From a virus (lineage: Duplodnaviria > Caudoviricetes), in the IMG/VR virus record IMGVR_UViG_3300005805_000272, positions 1 to 32,829 of that record: a stretch of 32,829 bases of DNA. One strand, written 5' to 3'. The notes beneath the pieces are model-generated. The model saw nothing but the letters and a program-made list of their open reading frames with translations, did no database searches and had not been told where the DNA came from. Positions within the stretch are counted from its first letter, which is position 1. Every line of letters starts with the position of its first letter. The position numbers and the translations under genes are program-made. Below, in pieces: positions 26,538-32,829 of this stretch.

Positions 26538-27395
26538 ATGAAAGATGTCTATCAAGAAATTACGGATCGCATTCTGAATAGCCTGGACTCTGCTGGTGAA
26601 TGGGTGCGGCCCTGGAAGATGGCCTCCGCTGGGATGCCTATCAATGCAGTGAGCAAGCAGCGTTATCGTGGCAGCAACGTGCTTATGTGCTGGCTTAGCG
26701 GGATGATCGCAGGATACTCGAGCAATCGCTGGGCTACCTTCAAGCAGTGGGCAGACATGGATGTGAAGATCAAGAAGGGTGAGAAGGGAACGCCCATCAT
26801 CTTCTTCAAGCAGTATGAGAAGCAGGGCGATAACGGTGAGCCCGAGCAGATGTTCGTGGCCCGCAGCTCCTACGTTTTCAATGCTGAGCAAACAGATGAG
26901 GTGCGCGAGGGAGGGCCGGAAACGCCAAGTATTGGAGGCGTGACCGAGCGCTTTGTTACTATCGAGGAGTTTGTATCCAAGAGCGGAGCCAGCGTTACCG
27001 TGCAAGGTGAGCGGGCATACTATGTGCCAAGCCTGGATCGTATCTTCATGCCAGACATGGGCCTCTTCAAGTCATCGCACTACTACTATGGCACCCTGCT
27101 TCACGAGCTCACGCATTGGACCGGAGCAAAGAGCAGGATGGATAGAGACCTGGCACCCCGCTTCAATGAGGAAGCCTACGCTATGGAAGAGCTGGTTGCC
27201 GAGCTTGGTGCCGCCTTCATGTGCGCTTCCTTTGGGATCGAGAGCACCACCCGCGATGACCATGCCAGCTACATCGGGAGCTGGATCAAGGTCATGAAGG
27301 GAGATCGCAAGGCAATCGTGACAGCCGCATCTCAAGCAGAGAAGGCTGTGGATTACCTCAACCAATTGGTTACGCCAATGCAGGAGGCAGCATGA
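26538..27395 (+). CDS. ardC: ArdC-family antirestriction protein (ssDNA-binding domain plus zincin metallopeptidase)
   Basis: DVYQEITDRI, W.RPW, YRGSN..., WATFKQW, KKGEKGT, VFNAEQ, LLHELTHWTG and YAMEELVAELGAAF motifs; GGAGG RBS. Confidence 0.93.
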   Translation: MKDVYQEITDRILNSLDSAGEWVRPWKMASAGMPINAVSKQRYRGSNVLMCWLSGMIAGYSSNRWATFKQWADMDVKIKKGEKGTPIIFFKQYEKQGDNGEPEQMFVARSSYVFNAEQTDEVREGGPETPSIGGVTERFVTIEEFVSKSGASVTVQGERAYYVPSLDRIFMPDMGLFKSSHYYYGTLLHELTHWTGAKSRMDRDLAPRFNEEAYAMEELVAELGAAFMCASFGIESTTRDDHASYIGSWIKVMKGDRKAIVTAASQAEKAVDYLNQLVTPMQEAA

Positions 27396-27736
27396 TAACC
27401 GTGAAGGAGATAGCCGAGGCAACAGCCGAGGTTATGAACATCAGCGTCAATGACATCTACTCCAGCAGGAGAAGCAAAGACATCTGCCTCGCAAGGTGGA
27501 TCGTGTTCTTCATTGCTAGAGAGTTTACCCAGGCAACATCCACAACCATTGGAAGCTCAACGAACAAAGATCATACGAGCGTTCTCTATGGTATTGCAAA
27601 AGTGCAGGAGGGTGTTAGTAGTGGGGAGCCAACGATTCTTGCTCTGCTAGATGCGGTCATAAAGTATGTGACCCCAGATGGAAGAGAGAAGATGCAAGAG
27701 GTAATCAATAAAATACAAAGGAGAGTTACTGCATGA
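27392..27736 (+). CDS. Stand-alone DnaA domain IV (Bac_DnaA_C-like) protein
   Basis: DIYSSRRSKDICLARWI...STTIG....KDHTSVLYGIAKV. Confidence 0.85.
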   Translation: MITVKEIAEATAEVMNISVNDIYSSRRSKDICLARWIVFFIAREFTQATSTTIGSSTNKDHTSVLYGIAKVQEGVSSGEPTILALLDAVIKYVTPDGREKMQEVINKIQRRVTA

Positions 27737-28008
27737 GTAAGAGAGAAATGTTAGAGAAGGCCATCGCGATTGTAGCAGATCGAGGTGAGCAATATGGATC
27801 AGCCAAATCCAACCTGGATCGTGTTGCTGCTCTGTGGTCTGTTTGGCTGCATGTTCCTGTGGTGGCTTCTGACGTCGCTATCATGAACATCCTGCAGAAG
27901 ATGGTCCGCATTGAATCCAATGGCGGGGACCACGAAGATTCTTGGATTGATATAGCTGGCTATGCTGCCTTGGGGGCAGAGATCGCAGAACAAAACGGAG
28001 GAGAGTGA
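27733..28008 (+). CDS. DUF6378-like protein
   Basis: DRGEQYG...VAALWS...DVA....KMVR.....DSWIDIAGYAAL. Confidence 0.8.
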   Translation: MSKREMLEKAIAIVADRGEQYGSAKSNLDRVAALWSVWLHVPVVASDVAIMNILQKMVRIESNGGDHEDSWIDIAGYAALGAEIAEQNGGE

Positions 28009-28388
28009 CAATGGATCGCATGGAAATCCTGCGCCTTGCTTTCACTGGAAGCAAGAATCCTAAGGAGGCAATGGAGTTGGCAAAAGAGATGGCCGACTTT
28101 GTTGGGAACAAGCCCAAGACAATCATCATTGAGAAGCTCAAGCTTACTAAAGAAGAACCCAAAAATCGCAATCGCAAACACTGGACTCCAGATGAGGCGC
28201 GGCGATTGAAGAACCTGGTTCTTGCCAGAGCTTCTATCGAGCATATAGCTTTCACATTGAAGCGTAGCAAAGACGCCGTTCGCAAAGCGATTGAACGCGA
28301 GATGTGGAATTGGGATAATCTTCAAATTGAGAATGATGGACAACCAGACGAAGCCCAAGAGTGGGCTGACTTCGACAAAGATTGCTGA
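28005..28388 (+). CDS. Myb/GcrA-like HTH-containing protein
   Basis: WTPDEARRLK......SIEHIAFTLKRSKDAV. Confidence 0.6.
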   Translation: MTMDRMEILRLAFTGSKNPKEAMELAKEMADFVGNKPKTIIIEKLKLTKEEPKNRNRKHWTPDEARRLKNLVLARASIEHIAFTLKRSKDAVRKAIEREMWNWDNLQIENDGQPDEAQEWADFDKDC

Positions 28389-28399
28389 GGAGAGAGACA

Positions 28400-28762
28400 A
28401 TGGTAAATGTATTTGCAGACCAGGGTAAGTTTATGCGCGCTTGTGGTCAGACTGTGGGGGAGAACAACCCTCAGCAGTTTGATCTTTACGTCAAGCTTAT
28501 CCGAGAAGAAGCTACGGAGCTCTTCGATGCCATGGCCCTAAACAACAGGCCGGAAATCTTTGATGCCCTGCTCGACCTCATTGTTGTGACGGTGGGTGCT
28601 GGCCTATCTGCTGGTTTTCCCATGGCTGCTGGATGGGAAGAGGTTATCCGCAGTAACATGGATAAAGTTGATCCTGAGACTGGCATGGTTCGCAAGCGCA
28701 GTGATGGGAAAATCCTAAAGCCGGAAGGATGGAAACCTCCCAATCTTTCTGAGTTAATCTAA
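28400..28762 (+). CDS. MazG-like all-alpha NTP pyrophosphohydrolase (PRA-PH type)
   Basis: LIREEATEL, EIFDALLDLIVV, EVIRSNMDK and DGKILKPEGW motifs. Confidence 0.85.
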   Translation: MVNVFADQGKFMRACGQTVGENNPQQFDLYVKLIREEATELFDAMALNNRPEIFDALLDLIVVTVGAGLSAGFPMAAGWEEVIRSNMDKVDPETGMVRKRSDGKILKPEGWKPPNLSELI

Positions 28763-28772
28763 GGATAGAAAA

Positions 28773-29015
28773 ATGACACCGGAACAAGCAACCGATAAAG
28801 TCTATGCCGCAACCGGCGTGTTGTTGGGCACTGACAAAGCACCACACATCGCATCCTACATGACTGTGATGGAAGCCCGCATCGCGGAATTGGAAGCGGC
28901 ACTATGGCGGATCGTCGGTACGTTAGACGATCCAACAGGTGGTCAGCATGTAGCGGATATGAGGAAAGCTTCTTTTATCGCTATTGCCGCGCTGGCAGGA
29001 GGGAAAGATGAGTGA
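28773..29015 (+). CDS. Hypothetical protein, cassette unit 1
   Basis: 80 aa; contains ARIAELEAAL and ends AALAGGKDE. Confidence 0.65.
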   Translation: MTPEQATDKVYAATGVLLGTDKAPHIASYMTVMEARIAELEAALWRIVGTLDDPTGGQHVADMRKASFIAIAALAGGKDE

Positions 29016-29265
29016 AGGTTTTACTTGTCGTGGGTGCGGTAATTTATTCTTCCAAGCCCCAAAATGCGTGTCATGCGGAGCGCAAAAATTATATGACTCG
29101 ACAGTAAAAGGGCAGTGGCGAGAGATCGAAACCCAAGCCGCCCGCATCGCGGAATTGGAAGCGGCGCTGCGCCAGATTGAAGCCGACTGCAATGCAGATT
29201 ACCCGCCGTCAACTGGCGCTATCAAATACGCCGCCCGCGCCGCGCTGGAAGGGGGGAAAGATGAA
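28875..29265 (+). repeat. Paired direct repeats in adjacent small genes
   Basis: 26-bp exact gcccgcatcgcggaattggaagcggc at 28875-28900 and 29140-29165; gccgcgctgg(c/a)agg(a/g)gggaaagatga at 28986-29011 and 29239-29264. Confidence 0.9.
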
Positions 29266-29271
29266 TGTTAG
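29008..29271 (+). CDS. Zn-ribbon protein, cassette unit 2
   Basis: ATG 29008 after GGAGG; CRGC...CVSC, then ARIAELEAAL and AALEGGKDEC. Confidence 0.65.
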   Translation: MSEGFTCRGCGNLFFQAPKCVSCGAQKLYDSTVKGQWREIETQAARIAELEAALRQIEADCNADYPPSTGAIKYAARAALEGGKDEC

Positions 29272-29566
29272 GTACGGCCCCGGCAAGGGTATGGACCCCA
29301 ACGTAAGAGAAGAACGCAAGGCTTACATTAGAGAAGAGCTAAGTAAAGGCAGGACCATTGGCCAGATCGCAGCTCACTTTAACGTAGCAAAGAGTACCAT
29401 CCATGATTGGATGACAGAGAATAGAGTAAGCCGGAAATACATGACTGACCGCAAAGAGCGCAAATGCCTCAAGTGTCTTTCGATATTTCTATCTTCGGGG
29501 CCAGGGAATAGGCGCTGCCAGAAGTGCAACATGCACCCACCCCAAGAGAATCCATACGAGATATAA
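29261..29566 (+). CDS. HTH plus C4 zinc-finger protein
   Basis: GRTIGQIAAHFNVAKSTIHDW and RKCLKC..IFLS.GPGNRRCQKC; start ATG 29261. Confidence 0.75.
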   Translation: MNVRYGPGKGMDPNVREERKAYIREELSKGRTIGQIAAHFNVAKSTIHDWMTENRVSRKYMTDRKERKCLKCLSIFLSSGPGNRRCQKCNMHPPQENPYEI

Positions 29567-29594
29567 AAAACCCCGGCCAAATGAATGACCGGGG
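29565..29594 (-). terminator. Terminator at the convergence of the early and late arms
   Basis: ccccgg 29571-29576 / ccgggg 29589-29594, with aaaaaa 29565-29570 giving a U-tract on the minus strand. Confidence 0.75.
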
Positions 29595-29642
29595 AAAGTT
29601 TAACAAAGGAGGAAAGAGCAACCAGATATCTATATGATCTCT

Positions 29643-30188
29643 TCAAGCCTCTTGTGCAAGCGCCAATGCTTCCTTCTTCACACTATCCAAACGCTTGGAG
29701 AAGCCCCGGCCATACTCAAGCCACAGGCTAGACGAACGCAGGAACTTAGATCTCGAATCCATTAGGCGTATCACCACCTCAGGTACGCCCCACTTGCTCT
29801 CAAATCCACCAGTAGCAGCCAAGGTTACCGGACCCATCTTGCCATCCATGCGAGCGCCAACAAGAGCCTGGAGGTGCATGATAGCCCGAGCTGGCCCAGA
29901 GTGAACAGCAAAGTCAAACATAGCCATGTCAATGCCGGGAGAAAGAACGTTGCCCTTCACGGGCTCCCAATACCAAAGGCGGTAAATCTCCTTTACCTCC
30001 TCGTCCTTGATATTCATAAGCTCTTCTTTGGTAGCCTTGCGCTCCAACCACGAAGAGTATGTCTTGAGGGTAATACCCTTCATAGTAGCACCACCAGGGT
30101 CAGTCATTCGATCGGACCAACCCCCCTCGTGTTTCAAGGTTAGGGCTAGAGTTCTCTCAAAATTCAACTTCATCGTCGTCTTTCCCAA
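29643..30188 (-). CDS. Endolysin, glycoside hydrolase family 108
   Basis: LKHEGGWSD...DPGGATMKGIT, IY...YW, FDFAVHSG, DGKMGPVT and YGRGFSKR motifs; start may be 30173. Confidence 0.9.
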   Translation of the reverse strand: MGKTTMKLNFERTLALTLKHEGGWSDRMTDPGGATMKGITLKTYSSWLERKATKEELMNIKDEEVKEIYRLWYWEPVKGNVLSPGIDMAMFDFAVHSGPARAIMHLQALVGARMDGKMGPVTLAATGGFESKWGVPEVVIRLMDSRSKFLRSSSLWLEYGRGFSKRLDSVKKEALALAQEA

Positions 30189-30405
30189 GCATCTCCATTA
30201 GGAGATCGCGGTTTCCATCTACCCGATGACCCTTTAGCTTCGAGCAATTAGGGCATTCAAAGAGAAGAGGCGGGTCGTAATATACAGCCCGCCACTCATG
30301 CCAGCAATTTACGCACTCGACATCACTTACGAATACGGGGCCTGGCCTTTGCTTTGCTAGCTCCCTTACCAATCCCAGGATTTTTGGCTTTGGTTTTTTC
30401 TTCAT
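30157..30405 (-). CDS. Small zinc-ribbon protein
   Basis: ECVNCWHEWRAV...FECPNC; GAGG upstream. Confidence 0.65.
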   Translation of the reverse strand: MKKKPKPKILGLVRELAKQRPGPVFVSDVECVNCWHEWRAVYYDPPLLFECPNCSKLKGHRVDGNRDLLMEMLGKDDDEVEF

Positions 30406-31477
30406 GGTTGGACCTCAACCAATTCAGATAAGAAGCTGCCTTATCAGTGTCAGCAAAGCAAGTCATCGTGCCATCAGTATCAAAGACAGCCACAATGCTA
30501 TGCCCCATTGTCTGCCCACCATAGCCCTTCTCCAAGGCAAACTCATCGAGGAGTTTGTATCCCTTAGCTCGAGCTACCCAGTAAGACTTGTGAGTGTGCT
30601 CATGCTGGGTTTGGGACAGGCCAAAGACATGATGATCCCCGCAGATAAACAAGTCAGCCATAGCCCCCGTAAGCTGAGCCCTGCGGCCTGGACCATGCAA
30701 GGGATTCCAGATTGAGTTACCCGGAAAATCATGCGCCGCCCAGACACGCCAGGAATTGAGACCAGCTTTTACCTCAAACTTGGCCTGCCAATTCTGCAAC
30801 TCTACCGGAGCTGAATGCTGCATAAAGTTAAGCGGTGAGCCATTGCCATGCCAGCGAGGGCCATCATGGTTGCCGAGAATAATCAGCATCCAGATTTCCT
30901 GCATAAACAACCATTGGGCAATGCGATACGCATCACGCTCATTGATCGTCTGAGAGGCGTACTTATGGAAGAGCTTCTTATTCCATTGATTGATGTAGTC
31001 GCCAAGGCCCACAGCCCACATGCGTTCAGTATTCTTGATCAGCTCAACATCCTGGCGAAGCTTATCAATGTCGCAGTCATCGCCGTGGGGATCACCAACA
31101 AAGACCAGGGCAAAGGGGCCATTACCCTCTACCGTAAACTTCATCCAGTCTTTAGCTTCATCAGAAGCCTTACGCCGCTTGATGGAATCAGAAAGGCGGC
31201 TCATCACCGCCTCTAGATCCTCATCTTCGTCCGGTATCTCGGGGGGAATTATCCCAGATACTTTCTTAAAGTAATCCTTGCTACCGTACTTTGCGGATAC
31301 AGCGCGGGTTGAACTAACAACATCCTCAAACCCAGATTCAAGGGCTCGTCTATATCTGTGTTGTGCGGTGCTTCTGGCAAGGCCAAGTTTTACAGCTGCC
31401 TCACCTACGCTGCCATGTTTTTTGACAGCGTTCCACATCTCTTCAAGAATATAACGTGGAAGATCAGGGCTACTCAC
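30323..31477 (-). CDS. HTH plus calcineurin-like metallophosphoesterase
   Basis: HGSVGEAAVKLGLARST (HTH); GDPH, GDYIN, GNHD, AHD and GDHH metal-binding motifs. Confidence 0.85.
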   Translation of the reverse strand: MSSPDLPRYILEEMWNAVKKHGSVGEAAVKLGLARSTAQHRYRRALESGFEDVVSSTRAVSAKYGSKDYFKKVSGIIPPEIPDEDEDLEAVMSRLSDSIKRRKASDEAKDWMKFTVEGNGPFALVFVGDPHGDDCDIDKLRQDVELIKNTERMWAVGLGDYINQWNKKLFHKYASQTINERDAYRIAQWLFMQEIWMLIILGNHDGPRWHGNGSPLNFMQHSAPVELQNWQAKFEVKAGLNSWRVWAAHDFPGNSIWNPLHGPGRRAQLTGAMADLFICGDHHVFGLSQTQHEHTHKSYWVARAKGYKLLDEFALEKGYGGQTMGHSIVAVFDTDGTMTCFADTDKAASYLNWLRSNHEEKTKAKNPGIGKGASKAKARPRIRK

Positions 31478-31645
31478 TTAACGCTGCTTCTTCTCTACGA
31501 AGGACCAGCCAATACCACCAAGGGTAACGGCTGCACCAACGGCAGTGTTCACTGTGTCAGCATCTGTGTAGCCTTTAGCCACAAGAACACCACCAACAGC
31601 AGTCAGGATATGGCGAGCTAGCGCCATCCACAAAGCAGCAGACAT
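31478..31645 (-). CDS. Putative holin (two hydrophobic segments)
   Basis: MSAALWMALARHILTAVGGVLVAKG...AVGAAVTLGGIGWSFVEKKQR; GAGGAG RBS. Confidence 0.75.
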   Translation of the reverse strand: MSAALWMALARHILTAVGGVLVAKGYTDADTVNTAVGAAVTLGGIGWSFVEKKQR

Positions 31646-31647
31646 GG

Positions 31648-31827
31648 TTAATCTCCTCGGTTGAAGATAGTCCGGACTGTTTTGGTTTCCCAAATGCGAA
31701 TGCCAGTCCAGACTATTGTAAAAATTGCGGCAATCGCAGGGAGCACTTGGGCAAGTGTGCCAATCACCGTGGCAATACTCAAGACATCTACAAGCGCCTT
31801 GCCAGTTTCAGCGGGATCAGCAGCCAT
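31648..31827 (-). CDS. 59-aa membrane protein, holin-like (not in ORF track)
   Basis: MAADPAETGKALVDVLSIATVIGTLAQVLPAIAAIFTIVWTGIRIWETKTVRTIFNRGD*. Confidence 0.7.
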   Translation of the reverse strand: MAADPAETGKALVDVLSIATVIGTLAQVLPAIAAIFTIVWTGIRIWETKTVRTIFNRGD

Positions 31828-31831
31828 TCGA

Positions 31832-32098
31832 TTAGCCCTTTATGATATTCACAAGTCGTGAATCAGCTTCCAGCGCGATAAACTCATGCGGATCATTCGG
31901 CTTCCAATCGGCCACATCACCAGCCTTGAGAACCCGATGCCACCCGTTGCCATGGGCCGTAAATGCACCACGCGCTACCACGGTAATGTGAACGTCAGCC
32001 TCGCCATGCGAGTGCATAGGTAGCACATCACCGGCTTCAGGGAAGTCATACACTGCCCCGTTTAACTTGCCGAAAGCGATGGCCTTGGTCTGCAACAT
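31832..32098 (-). CDS. Cupin-fold protein
   Basis: GDVLPMHSH....HITVVARG...LKAGD.......PHEFIALE. Confidence 0.8.
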   Translation of the reverse strand: MLQTKAIAFGKLNGAVYDFPEAGDVLPMHSHGEADVHITVVARGAFTAHGNGWHRVLKAGDVADWKPNDPHEFIALEADSRLVNIIKG

Positions 32099-32391
32099 CA
32101 GATTACCGTAGGCCCTTCTGACGGGGTGGCAGGCTCAACAGGAGGAGGCGGCGGATTAGGATCAACTGGCGCGCCATCTACCCAAGCCCAGCCAATGCTT
32201 ATTGGACCATTCCACTGATGCAACTCGCAACCTTCGGGCGGCGTGTATGGCGTGACGCCATCCCAATCAATGATGTTCACGATCACGCTATCCTGCACCA
32301 CTGCGTAATTCATGACTTTGTTCTCCGCATAGAAATTAATCAAGGCTTCTGGGTTAGGCGCACCGGGCGGGGCAAGCATCGAGAGTAACAT
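32098..32391 (-). CDS. Tail-fibre-associated (assembly-like) protein
   Basis: MNYAVVQDSVIVNIIDWDG...ISIGWAW.DG; follows the fibre gene; alternative start at 32313 has a GGAG RBS. Confidence 0.65.
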   Translation of the reverse strand: MLLSMLAPPGAPNPEALINFYAENKVMNYAVVQDSVIVNIIDWDGVTPYTPPEGCELHQWNGPISIGWAWVDGAPVDPNPPPPPVEPATPSEGPTVI

Positions 32392-32829
32392 TAGTTATAC
32401 TCATAGACGATGATGTAGCCAGCGCCGCCTGCACCGCCCGCTCTACTGGCATTACTGGTTCCAGCAGTTCCGCCAGCACCAATAGTTACAGTTTCAGTCG
32501 CGCCAACAGTTGTCGTGTATTTGATTGCGGTTTCACCTTGGCCACCACCACCGCCAACGTAAACATTAAAACACCCGTCAGTAAAGGAAGCACCTGAGCC
32601 ACCGCCACCGCGAACACCAGCCACGCCAGCAGCGTTATTCACTTGAGTCCCGCCGCCTTGTCCTCCCCCAGCATTCTCTGGGCTGGGCGCCCCTTTGATG
32701 GCAATAGTGGCACCCGTTCCACCAGTGCCGCCTGCTGCACCAGTAGAGGTAGTCGCGCCACTCCCACCGGCAGCACTTACATGCGCGCCAAATGATGTTG
32801 TGCCGCCCGCGCCCCCATTTCCCCCTGCT
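32391..32829 (-). CDS. Tail fibre protein, 3' part (glycine-rich C-terminal domain)
   Basis: In frame with 1..2177 across the junction: ...AVGGGGGGKGA-K-AGGNGGAGGTTSFG...VTIGAGG...GGAGYIIVYEYN*. Confidence 0.88.
   Translation of the reverse strand, partial: AGGNGGAGGTTSFGAHVSAAGGSGATTSTGAAGGTGGTGATIAIKGAPSPENAGGGQGGGTQVNNAAGVAGVRGGGGSGASFTDGCFNVYVGGGGGQGETAIKYTTTVGATETVTIGAGGTAGTSNASRAGGAGGAGYIIVYEYN

Noticed and set aside
26112-27005. 297-aa minus-strand ORF
   Set aside because: Antisense to the well-supported ssb and ardC genes.
28875-29265. Repeats as a mini-CRISPR array or DGR template/variable pair
   Set aside because: Only two copies about 265 bp apart, both in coding frame; no cas or reverse transcriptase gene; the main block is identical, without adenine-specific variation.
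1-32829. Prophage, integrase, tRNA genes or a BPP-1-type diversity-generating retroelement
   Set aside because: No recombinase, RT or tRNA cloverleaf recognised and no host genes present; tRNAscan and HMM searches would be needed to exclude them fully.

Overview
The window looks like a complete, circularly permuted 32,829-bp genome of a tailed podovirus. The tail-fibre reading frame runs off position 1 and continues in frame at 32829. The minus strand carries a T7/BPP-1-like morphogenesis arm: TerS, a cluster of small basic proteins, TerL, portal, scaffold, GNAT, major capsid, tail adaptor and nozzle, three internal virion proteins, tail fibre, cupin, holins, metallophosphoesterase and GH108 endolysin. 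The plus strand (21.2-29.6 kb) carries the early arm: HTH regulators, a DUF1064-type nuclease, DnaT-like and loader-like proteins, YqaJ exonuclease, ERF annealase, SSB, ArdC, a solo DnaA domain IV and a MazG-like NTP pyrophosphohydrolase. I recognised no DNA or RNA polymerase, primase, helicase, integrase, tRNA or CRISPR; this architecture resembles HTVC010P-type phages, and an alphaproteobacterial host is an inference. The top leads are: (1) a low-GC cassette inside the largest ejection protein with OspF/SpvC/LanL-type phosphothreonine-lyase motifs next to an HExxH zincin, bounded by short direct repeats; (2) a ~235-nt plus-strand fold-back ahead of the first early gene that pairs a TGTCAA hexamer and the RBS (Frpo-like or an RNA leader); (3) two de novo regulatory motifs, CTGCA-N5-GCAG in early promoters and GTNCATT upstream of late units; (4) tandem mini-genes built from shared repeats. 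All family calls come from motif recognition by eye, not database searches.
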